A stretch of DNA of 64,000 bases from Octopus bimaculoides (lineage: Eukaryota): contig NC_068991.1 of the NCBI RefSeq assembly GCF_001194135.2, positions 6,454,616-6,518,615 on the forward strand, written 5' to 3'. This document shows positions 26,043 to 38,000 of this stretch, piece by piece. The notes beneath the pieces were generated by a model that saw only the letters and a program-made list of their open reading frames with translations, was not told the origin of the DNA and searched no databases. Every line of letters begins with the position of its first letter. Position 1 is the stretch's first letter. A program made the translations under genes and the position numbers.

Positions 26043-29000
26043 GCACACGCACATGCACACACACATGCAGTTTCCATCTACCAAATTAAATCCACTTGCA
26101 AAGCATTTGGCTGGTCTGGGGCTTTAGTAGAAAATACTTGCCTAAGGTGCCATGCAGTGGGACTGAACTTGAAAACCGTTTAGTTGCAAAACCAGCTTCT
26201 TAACCATACAGCTGCAATTGTGCCTAGAAATGTAAATTTACATTTGAATTAAAAAAAAAAAAAAAATTTATTTCAGGAAGAAATATAAATACAAGAAGCG
26301 AGATCGTGTATTTGCTGCTGAAACTGCGTCTTCAAAGGAAGGTCCTGTCAGTTCTGTGGATGTGCTGGATGGATTGTAAGTATCTCTGGATATTTTTCTT
26401 TTTTTCTTTTTGATCTTCTTTCTTCAGTATATGAGGTGTGGGTGGGGGGGAGGTGTATTTTTGTTTGCAATTTTACAAAATTATAACTTAATCCTTTGTA
26501 TCTATAAAGTCAGCATCTCTAAATGTAACAAAAAAAAAAAATTCCAGCAATAGTAAAATAATGTAAAATATGTCTTTTTGTAAAGTAAATTATAGACTGG
26601 CTTTTGTTTCCCTGTTTCAAAATTATAACTTAAAGCTTAAATCCTTCACACACATAAACAAGCACACAGCATCATAATCATTATCGCCGCTTAACGATTG
26701 TTTTCCATGCTGGTATGGGTTGGATGGTTTGACAGGAGCTGTCCAAAATCCAATTGCCTATTGTAGCATGGTTTCTACAGCTGGATGCCTTCTCTAATGC
26801 CAACCACTTAACAGTGTACTGGGTACTTTTTACATGCCACTGGTATGAATGTGTTTATACAACAGCAGCACAAGTGTATTTTATGTGGCATTGGCACCTG
26901 TAAATGATGAGTCTGTTTATTATTTGCTAAAATTTTACTGACAATCTGGCAGAATTGCTAGCGTGAGAAACGAAGTGCTTAGCGATGTCTCTTCCTTTAT
27001 TTTCTAAAACCCTTTAAATTTTTTATGTTTTGAAATAAAAAAACAATATTCTGTTTAGAAATACAATGTCAAATGTTATTGATAGAGTTGGCCTAATGGA
27101 TCCTGTGTCAGATAAAATTGAAAATGAATGTTAAATATATACAAAAATGAAGTTATTTCTTCTAATGTCTATGAAAATCAAAATTTTCTGTTTAATCTTT
27201 ATTCCTGTTGCCAGGCCATCGAAACCATTGAAAGGATTGAAGTTTGCTATTGTTGGAAACCTAGATTTTTCAGAAGAACAGATTACTCAGAACATATGTA
27301 ATATGGGAGGTCAAATTGTGACCACAATTGATAATAACTTAGCTGCTTGCATTAGCAATAAAGGTAGGCTGTTTCATTATAGTATTAATTTTTATATTTC
27401 TCACATGAAAGATCGTGTAATTGAAATTGTTTAGAAGAGGCAAATAGTTACTTTGTAATTTTGAAATGGCTGTGTTCATAGTCTTTTCTTGGAATAATGT
27501 AGGTGACATGTGTGTCAGTCTTACTCGAAGAATTTTTTGCCTGATCTTGCACATACTTATGCAGGTGACGGGTCAGCTGTTACTGATGGAGGTCCCATGG
27601 TTTTTATGATATATTGCTTATCACAGCAATGTCATAAAAATTTCCTTGTGAGACTTTAAGGAGAGGACATTCTTGTATGAGTGGCATTATGTGAATGTTT
27701 GAACAAAAAATAACGTGTAAAAACGAATATGCAATCTCAGGTGTAGAGATGGTCAGAAGAGTTTGGAAAATTTACTAAGGCATAATCCTTGGTGATCAGC
27801 ATGCTGCCGAGGTTAAATGAGTTGTGAATCCATGAGTTGCAAGATGTGTGGTGTATAAAATAAATGTCAACATATTGTTACATGTGTTAATAATCACTAG
27901 ACAGCTTGTGACAGTCATGTTAATACGTCAACAGCAACTCTCTTGAATGCTTGAAAAGACTACGTTTTACTTTTTGCTGGAAGTTGCCACATGTGTCCTT
28001 CTGCAGACAGCATTTAATGGATGAAATGAGCAAAGCATGACTGTGCTATGCTGCCACAACAAAATAGTGCTAACATGTCTCACTACAGATGCTTTATCCT
28101 TTTTATTTCATATTCCATAAATATTAACTGCGTGCTGTATGACATAATCTGGTCTTCGTATTTGAGACACGTTTTCTTTGCCTCTTTCACAGAGTCAATA
28201 AGTAAACCAAATAAACAAATAAAAGCTGCCAAAAAAGCTGGAGTTCAAGTCGTGAGTACAGCATTCCTTGAGGATGTTAAGAAAGGAGGAGTACTTTTAA
28301 TGATCCAGAAACACAATTTAGCTCCATGGGGAGATGATGTAAGATTTCATAAATATTTTTCTCTAACTTGAAGATTTTGTATAAATTATTCAATTTGATT
28401 GTCTGTTGTTTTAATTATAATTTTATATCTTCTTTAGATATTTTGATGAGTATTATCTGACAGAACTACATAATCCTTTAAAGTTTCAGTTTTTCTATAT
28501 CAACTTATCTTTTCTTTCTTTATCGTCTTAAATTTTTTTCAGCCACAAAAAAGAATAATTGTGCCGTACGCTTCTAAAAGTGGAGCTAGCAATACTAGAA
28601 ACGGTAATTTTGATTTGATATGAGTATCGTATTTGTTTGCATCTCTTTCTTTCAGCTGCCATAACATAAACTTTACATTTTTATTTTAAAACTTAAACTT
28701 TTTAATTAAAACTGGTATTTTGTTTCTCTGTAGATACCCATTTCACGAAGAGTATCCCAGAAAAGTTGAAAATGATGGTGAAAGGAGGAGCTGCTGTTGA
28801 TCCAGACTCAAGTATGGAAGTTCTTTTCTTAAATTTTTAGTTTCTGTTTCAAGTGGGGAACATAAGAAATTGCTGTTATCTCTCGGAGACTATTCTCTCT
28901 AAGATGAATTAATTATAGAAGACAGGTGTAAATTCCAGTAGACAGAAATTTCTGATAGTAAGACTAAGTGGTTAGATTTTCAATTCTGTTAATTTTGTTG

Positions 29001-32000
29001 GATTTTCGTTTTATATTGAATATATTATTAAGAAGATATTTTCAAAGCCACTGTGAGACTGTCTTAATTTTGGCTATCAGTTATATACTTCATTAGTGCT
29101 TGCTGTGATTTATTTAACCTAACTGAAGATTGTCACAGTTGATCCATCTGCACCAGTCCCTGGACATTATTGTCTCCAGTCGTAGCACTCTTAGGATCAG
29201 TTACCCAGTTTTTATTTCATATAAGTGACTGGAATCTCAACATTCCCACTGGACGGGATGCTAGTCCTTTGCAGGGTTACTCATTTAAAGCTGGGTGGAC
29301 TGGAGCAACATGAAATGAAGTGTTTTTCCCAAGAACAAAATGCACTTCCTGGTTTGGGAATTGAATCTATGGCCTAGTGATTGTGAGTGCAACACCCTGG
29401 ACCACTTAGCCATGTGCCTTCACTCAAATTTGATCAGTTAGTATTAAACTGTCACATTTGAACAATTTAAACTCATATTTGATTAGTTATTAGGCCGTCA
29501 CATTTGATTGGTTATTAAACTGTCGCATTTGATTGGTTAAAAGGAGATGGTTTTAAAAAAATAATTAGTTAATTTAGTAGTTATTCATTTAAATATTTTG
29601 GTGTAATTTGTTACATTTAATTTGTTTTTCTTACCAGAACTGGCAGAAACTGCTCATGTCATAGAAGATGGTGGAGATATTTATAACGCTGTGCTAGGCT
29701 TAGTAGATGTAACTTCAGGAACTAATTCTTACTATAAAATCCAAGCCTTGGAATCTGATAACAAAAGAGGGTAAGTCAGATCATTTTTAATTTAAATTAA
29801 GTTATTAATTAATGAATTTCAGGTGTTCTTTAATTCAAAGGTGAAAAGAATTCAATTTTTGGGTCAAACATCATCAAATTTTGTTCGAAATTTCCCCAAG
29901 ACACCTGATGAAGGCTGGAGGGTATATCAGCCGAAATGTTGTGTTAACAACAAACAAGATGAAGACAAATATCCGTCAAATGTAAATAATTACATCATCG
30001 AAATCTTAAAGTTACAAGATAATACACAATTAATTCAAATCAATGTGAATGAATAAGGATCACATTCGACAGAATAATCTAAATGCTAAGGGTCAATGAT
30101 TATAGAGTAATGTTTTGCCCAAGAATTCAACCTACTGCCTGGTCTAAGGATCGAAACCATGATCTTATGATCCACAAGTATGTAGGAGCTGACCCTAAAA
30201 CTTTCTTTTTGTTATTATTTTTACTTATTTACATAAGTGTATATAACAAAATGTATTCTTTGGATATTTTTCAGTTGGTGGGTTTTCCGATCATGGGGCC
30301 GTGTTGGCACAACAATTGGAAGTAACAAAAAAGAATCATTTAGTTACCGCGCTTCGGCTATCCAGGAATTTAAAGACTTGTATTACAAGAAGACTAACAA
30401 TCAATGGTCGGAAAGGCATAATTTCCAGAAGTTTCCCAATAAATTTTATCCTCTAGATATAGACTATGGACAGGTAAAATATTTTGCATATTTGCATATT
30501 TTTTTGTTGTTAATCCAGTTTTTTTTCTATTTAATTAACTTGGCTGATATTTCAATTAGAATTTCGTCATTGTGATCATTGTCATCATCATCACATCACA
30601 TCACATCGTAAAATCCACCCCCTCCTGGACCTCATCGGGCTGGTTTGCCAGTTTCCATGATGTATAAATGGACCAAGATCACAACAATCCTCTTGAATTA
30701 GACACCACTCTGTCAAAGGGTTACTACTCGTTTACGACTGTGTGGACTGAGGCTACATGAAATGAAGTATCACCTGGGTCTGGAATTGAAACCATAATTT
30801 TGCAATTGTATGCGCAATGCCCTAACCACCACACCATGTGACTTCTCTAATTAATTCCGTAATTAGAATTAGGGGACGGCATTAAATGGTTGTATTATTT
30901 TAAAATTAAATAATCAGGAAAAAAAGATATTTTTTACTAAAACAAGAAAGATTTCTTCTATGTGTGTTAATTTTTGCTTGCCCTCAGGAGGCTGCACCAG
31001 GCTCCAATCTGATCAGAAGGTTTCTACAGCTGGATGCCTTCCGAATGCCAACCACTCCAAGAGTGTAGTGGGTGCTTTTTACATGCCACCGGTTGATGCC
31101 AGTCAGGTAGTTCTAGCATCGACCACGCTTGAATAGTGCTTTTTACGTGCCACCGGTATGGGAGCCAGTCAGGTGGTACTGGCATCAACCACATTCGAAT
31201 GGTGCTTTTTACGTGCCACCAGTATGGGAGCCAGTCAGGTGGTACTGGCATCAACCACGTTCGAATGGTGCTTTTTACGTGCCACCGGTATGGGAGCCAG
31301 TCAGGTGGTACTGGCATCAACCACGTTCGAATGGTGCTTTTTACGTGCCACCGGTATGGGAGCCAGTCAGGTGGTACTGGCATCAACCACGTTCGAATGG
31401 TGCTTTTTACGTGCCACCGGTATGGGAGCCAGTCAGGTGGTACTGGCATCAACCACGTTCGAATGGTGCTTTTTACGTGCCACCGGTACAGGAGCCAGTC
31501 AGGCGGCACTAGTATCAGCCACCTTGAAAATTGTATCTTTGTGATAAGTTGGTTTAATACAAGGAATTGTTGTTTTACTTATTGTTTATATGTTGTTTTT
31601 TTTTTTTTGTTTTTTAGGATGATGACAATATAAAGAAATTGGATTTAAGCAAAAGTACTTCCACATTACATAAATCCATTCAGGATCTTATTTGTATGAT
31701 TTTTGATATTGAAAGCATGAAAAGGGCTATGATGGAGTTTGAGGTAAGTAAAGAATCCGTTGAAGATTTTCATCTAAGTGTGGAGTGTTAGATAACGATA
31801 GAATTGTTCTTGGAATTGGATAGGATTGCCTGTGTTCAGTCCACTGCATGACGAAGGCCTCAGCCTGATTTCTCCACCAACCCTGATCTGATGCAGAGGC
31901 TATGAATTTGAGTTTGGGATTATACTGGTTTGATGAGCCTATTCTGCCATACTGGCATGACATGAGTTAGAGGGTTGCAGTTTTTGCACGCTTACTGAGC

Positions 32001-35000
32001 AGCATTGTTCTTAACATCTATTGTAGTCAAATTGTAAACAGATCAGCACTCTGGAATTTAGATGTTTTTAATATTTATTTAGTTTTATCCTAGTTGAGGT
32101 TAATTTTGTCCATCATCTCTCTTTCACAAGATTTCATGATTTATGTAAGGCTTGTATGAATGACTTTAATGTTCTTCATACACTGATTCGTTATTTATGG
32201 AGGTTAACTAATTTGGGAAGATGCTGGAGACTATGCTGAAAACCAGGATTATTGGAGAAATGATTTGCTGTCCAATGTACAGAATGAATTAGGAGGCAAG
32301 ACTAAACAGAACTTTCTCAGTAATCTAAAAACTGAATTTTTGTTCTTTTCACTTATTTCCTTCAGACACAATTCTCTATTTGGAAATCTACAAACTGTTG
32401 TTTTTATTTTCCCTCTCCTGAAAGCTTAGGTTTAATCACTTCATATTTCGATTTCCCTGAGTACATGAAAGATATTTTAATCCTGTAGCATTTAAACTGG
32501 CCATATCTGTCCAAAATTATTTGACCCGTTTTTAGGTTCTTACTGGCTTAATCTAGCCTCACATTTTACATTGTCATTCTAAAAATCTTGAAGCTACAAG
32601 ATAATTATTGATTAATTCAAAACATTGTGAATAAATAAGCATTTCATTCTGACAGACTAATGTGAATGCTAAAGGGTTATGTCTTAAAATCACTGAAATT
32701 TCAATTCTTGCAAATATAATAGAAGTTTTATCAACAACAACTTCAGGAAATTAGAAAGAAAAGAGAAATATTGGAATATTTTTTATAGAAAGTGTTATTA
32801 ATTTTCTGAAGTAACTGACTCTTGGATTTTAAAATTTATTTAGATTGATTTGAAGAAAATGCCTCTTGGGAAATTGTCTAAAAAGCAAATAGAATCTGCT
32901 TACAAAGTTCTAAATGAACTTACAGAGGTTTGTATGTTTTTGACATATTCATCATCATCATTGTAGAATGTCTATTTTTCCATTATTGCAGGAGTCAGAC
33001 TGAATTATTTTCTCTCTAATAGATATTAATAAATTATGGAGATGTACTTGCATAGCAAGTGACCTGATCTGAGATCATGTGCTGCAACGAAAGCAGTTGC
33101 AGCGTGGAAGGTGTTTATAAGCCATTTAAAAACACCTTCCATGCTGCAATATTAATAAATGCTTTGAAATTTCACTGGAAGTGAATAAGAAGTATACTAA
33201 TCTTTTTAATGGGATTGCTTAAATCAAATTCTAAATAAAAGTTTTAAAATATTTTCTGTGTTATCAACGTGGCAAGCTGTCAGAATCGTTAGCGCACTGG
33301 ACAAAGTGCTTAGCGGCATTTTGTCAATCTTTATGTTCTGAGTTCAAATTCTGCTGTGGTCAACTTTGCCTTTCATCCTGTCAGGGTTGATAAAATAAGT
33401 ACCAGTTGAATACTGGGGTTGATGTAATCAACTTACCCCCGCCCCTGAAATTGCTGGCCTTGTACCAAAATTTGAAACCAATATTTTCTGTCATTTGTAC
33501 AGAGCTATATAATCCACTGCCCCAAGTAAACTTTACTCCCAGGGGACATAGTGTACACATCTGAATGAAAAGGTTGAAAAATTAACCTCTCAGATTTTGA
33601 GCTAATATTAAAATTAGATTATATTAAGAGAAATACGGAATATCATCACTTGTATGAGTTCTATTGATAAAGGTCATTCTGAATTAATGTAGGTGGTACC
33701 TGATGGGTTTGGAAATTATTTTTGAGGACGGTTTTCAAATAGATGTGATGGAAAAACATTTGATGCAGTTTTCCTGGCTCAAAGTCACCTCCTTCAATAG
33801 TACTACTTGCTTCAGTGGAGGGGGTCTTGTCTTGCATGTTATTTAGCAACCTCGTTGGTGCCAGTGCCACTTAAAAAGCACTAAGTATGCTCTGTAAAGT
33901 GGTTGGCATAGAAACCATACCAAAGTGGACATTGGGGCTCTGTGCAGTTTTCTGAATTCTCAACTCCTGTCAAACTTTCCGACCCATCAAGATAAAGATG
34001 TTTCCTTCACAATCTTACTTCATCTGTTCTGTGATAGAAATGAAATTAATTCTATTCCTTTTATTTTTCAGTTGGTTGAAAAGAAAAGTTCCGTATCCTT
34101 GTTTTCTGATGCTTCCAACCGTTTTTACACTTTAATACCTCATGACTTTGGTTTGAACAAACCTCCTCTATTGGACACAAATGAAATAATTAAGGTAATA
34201 ACAATTTGAAGTTGGTCCCTCCCCTCGCTCATTTTTGCTTCACTTTTATATATTGTTTTTCAGCGAAAGTGAGTGATAAAATAAATACCAGGTTTAAAAA
34301 AAAAAAAAAGCTAAGTATTGGAGCTGATTCATTTGACTAGAAATTTTTCTAGGTGGTACCCCAGCATGGCCACAGAAAAAGATAAAACTGTTTGCTATTC
34401 AATTTGGTTGTTTAGAGAACTGTTTGCCTGTGGGTAACCCACTATATAAGCTAGAATTTCCAAAGCATGAAAGTCAATGCATTTACCTCTTGTCTTCTTT
34501 TTACACAGCAAAAAATCGAAATGTTGGATAATTTGTTGGAAATTGAAGTTGCCTATAATTTACTGAAAGGTGGTGACGATGGAAATGNNNNNNNNNNNNN
34601 NNNNNNNNNNNNNNNNNNNNNNNNNNNNNNNNNNNNNNNNNNNNNNNNNNNNNNNNNNNNNNNNNNNNNNNNNNNNNNNNNNNNNNNNNNNNNNNNNNNN
34701 NNNNNNNNNNNNNNNNNNNNNNNNNNNNNNNNNNNNNNNNNNNNNNNNNNNNNNNNNNNNNNNNNNNNNNNNNNNNNNNNNNNNNNNNNNNNNNNNNNNN
34801 NNNNNNNNNNNNNNNNNNNNNNNNNNNNNNNNNNNNNNNNNNNNNNNNNNNNNNNNNNNNNNNNNNNAAAATCTTTGTTTTCTTTGCTATGCAGTGCTGA
34901 AAAACGAGGTTCATCTAATACACCTGTATGTCTTTTACGCTATCAAATACACTAGATAATAAAACAACTTTCATGGAATGAGAATAAATTGAATGATGAA

Positions 35001-38000
35001 GTAGTTGTATGCTGTCAACTTAATGTGACAGTCCCCTGAAGGGAATAATACTACTGTTGGTTATACCTAGGAAGCTGCACCACTTCCTGTCGGCCTTGAC
35101 ACATTTCCTGTGTCCTTGTGTTTCCTTATGTCACGTTAAAATGACAGCATACAACTACTTCATCGTATTACTGCTGCATAAATCTCTCTGAGAGATTTAG
35201 AAATGTATTAGTTCTAAAATTGAATGATGTTTTCTAAATGCCATGCTTAACCCATTAATGCATAGTGTCCAGAAAAATGCACACAGGAAAAATTACTATT
35301 GCTTGTTAAGTAAACTACCTATTGAGCTTGATGCATACATTACTTTGGAGACGGACTCCATTCTGATAACAATGAATTTGCATCTGCTACACCCTGGGCA
35401 AGTGCCTTCTGCTATAACCTTGGGCCAACCAATGCCTTGTAAGTGAATTTGGTTGATGGAAACTGTAGAAGCCTGCCACATACCTATATATATGTTTGTG
35501 TTTGATCTTTTCCCCCCAACTTCTTGACAACTGGTGTTGGTTTGTTTATGTCCCCATAACTTAGTAATTTAGCAAAGCACCCCAGCATGGCCATATTCCA
35601 ATAATTGAAACAAGTACAAGATAAAAGGTAACAAAGAAAATAGTTAAGGATCATGTAAAAAAGAATTATTTTTCTTTGAATTCAAGTAAACATTTGTCTA
35701 TTTATTTGACTCTTTTTGTTAATTGATTGTTGATTGATTTTGTTTATTGTAGTACATAGAAAAGACTTCTAATGAATTTGACCTAATTACTAAATATGTG
35801 CAGAACACACATGCAGTTACACACAACCAGTATGGACTGGAAGTTGTCGATGTAAGTTAATTTCGTTTTTTTTCTAATTATTTTCAGCTATCAAATTATG
35901 GAAATTACTTAATTTGGACATGTTGTTTGTTCCTTCTTGAGCCATGCCCGACTCATAAAGGGCCAGTTTCTTGGTTTCATTGGTGTATAGGTTCCCCACC
36001 TGGACAGGACGCTGGTCCGTCACAGGTGAGCTGCTAGAAATGAGTTTAACCTGGAGTGGGATGGGCTCCACCAAGCTTACTGCATGGCTGCAGCACCCCA
36101 ACAACCCCAGCGAGCTGGCAGAATTGTTACTGTGCCAGAGAAAATGCTTAGTGACATATCTTCTGACTGCTGCCAGGAGTCAACTTTGTCTTTCATTCTT
36201 TTGAGGGTTGATAAAATAAGTACCAGTTGAGCACCCAATAGAGGTGGGGTGGGGTGGTCGACATGATCGACTTGCTCCCTTCCCATGAAATCGCTGGCCT
36301 TGTGCCACAATTTCAAACTAATATTAACTGACATTCAAGCAATTGGAAAATATTTATCTTGTTTTATAGGCATACAAACTTGAACGACAAGGAGAAAAGG
36401 AACGTTTCCGTCCATTTGAAGAGTTAGCAAATCATAAACTGCTTTGGCATGGATCTCGAGTTACCAACTTTGCTGGTATTTTGTCACAAGGTCTGCGAGT
36501 AGCACCCCCAGAAGCACCAGTGGTAAGTTATCTAAATACATTTTGTCTGTAATATAGGTTGAATATGGCATGGAAAACAGACATTAAATAATAATAATGA
36601 TGAATGTTTATCTCTTTGCAGACTGGTTATATGTTTGGTAAAGGCATTTATTTTGCTGATATGGTATCCAAAAGTGCAAACTATTGTCACACAAGCAAAA
36701 ATGATCCAGTGGGTTTGATACTTCTGTGTGATGTTGCCCTAGGAAGCATGTAAGAAATATTTACATTTCATTATAATATTATTTTAAAAATTATGTCATG
36801 CTAATAAGATTAATAAGTATTAATGGTAAAGCTGTTTATTTCTTGAAAGATGAGTGTTTAGGATCAACTTGATAAAATGATCATTTTTGGTTACTTTGGT
36901 TTAGTTTTGATTTTTTAAAAAAATTGTGAGTTTGATACCCAGTGACCATTTTGTTCTTGAGCAAGACACTTTTTTTTTCAAAGGGCCAGCCTTGTCACAT
37001 TCTGTGTCACTATAAATCTCCCTGAGAACTGAGTTAAGGGTACACGTGTCTGTGGAGTGCTCTGCTACTTACACATAAATTTCATGATCAGGCTGCTCCT
37101 GGGACCTTTGTCAGAACCGATGGAGAGCCAGTTTTTTCTTTTTGATATTGCCAGATATTAGTTAATGTTTAGATAATGTAATATATTTGATGGCATGAAA
37201 GACACCATTTCCAGAAAAGTGTCTCAAAAATTCACCCCAGATCCTACATGGAAAGCTGGGCCTATATCACATTCCTTAATGCATTAAATGCGTTTTTTCT
37301 TGAATATGTGCTGCTGAAATTATTGTGCCTCTGATATGCACTGGTACTAGTGCCACATAAGAAGCACTTGTACTGGTGCCATGTAAAAAGCATCCAGTAT
37401 ACTCTATAAAGTGGTTGGCATTAGGAAGGGCATCCAACTGAGAAACTTTGCCAAAATAGACAACGGAACCTGGTGTGGATCTTGGCCTTTCCAGCTCCTG
37501 TCAAAATATCCAACCCATGCCAGCTTGGAAAACAACATTGAATGATGATGCTGTTGATCTTTTATGCCATCAAATTCAGTAAATAAAGACATGTAATACA
37601 GTGTTATACATTGCAATGTCTTTTTTAAAATTTAGTGTTTGCATATTGAATTAATTGAAAAGTTATTTTTGTATCTTTGTAGAAGAAAAGAAAATTGGGT
37701 GGCATTTTATTTATTTACGTAGAATACTTTTAGAGATACTTCTATACATATGGCGTTATAAATTTCTAGACAAGGGGTATTACAAAACATAGCCTGACTC
37801 TTTCTTTTTTTTTTTTTTTTTTTTTTTTTTTTGATGAGTTGATATAAAAATAATTGCTTTAACAATTTATACAAATTTTAGAACGTGGTCTGTTGTTGAA
37901 TAATATATAAAAGATTTGTTTCCAATTCTGCTGCAGGTATGAGCTAACATCTGCTAATTATGTGACATCTTTGCCAAAGGGCAAACACAGCACTAAAGGT

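Noticed and set aside
25819-26127. VCVC/HTHT ORFs
   Set aside because: Translation of a (CA)n microsatellite.
31072-31530. CRISPR-like appearance of regular repeats (also 14016-14345, 59679-59843)
   Set aside because: Head-to-tail units with no unique spacers, eukaryotic context and no cas genes.
31024-31633. Four overlapping ORFs with 22-aa repeats
   Set aside because: By-product of a 66-bp SINE-internal tandem repeat in an intron; no splice or codon support.
34868-34959. Post-gap sequence with a TGCAG acceptor as the missing PARP1 exon
   Set aside because: No frame resembles the expected DPID..Y..L segment.
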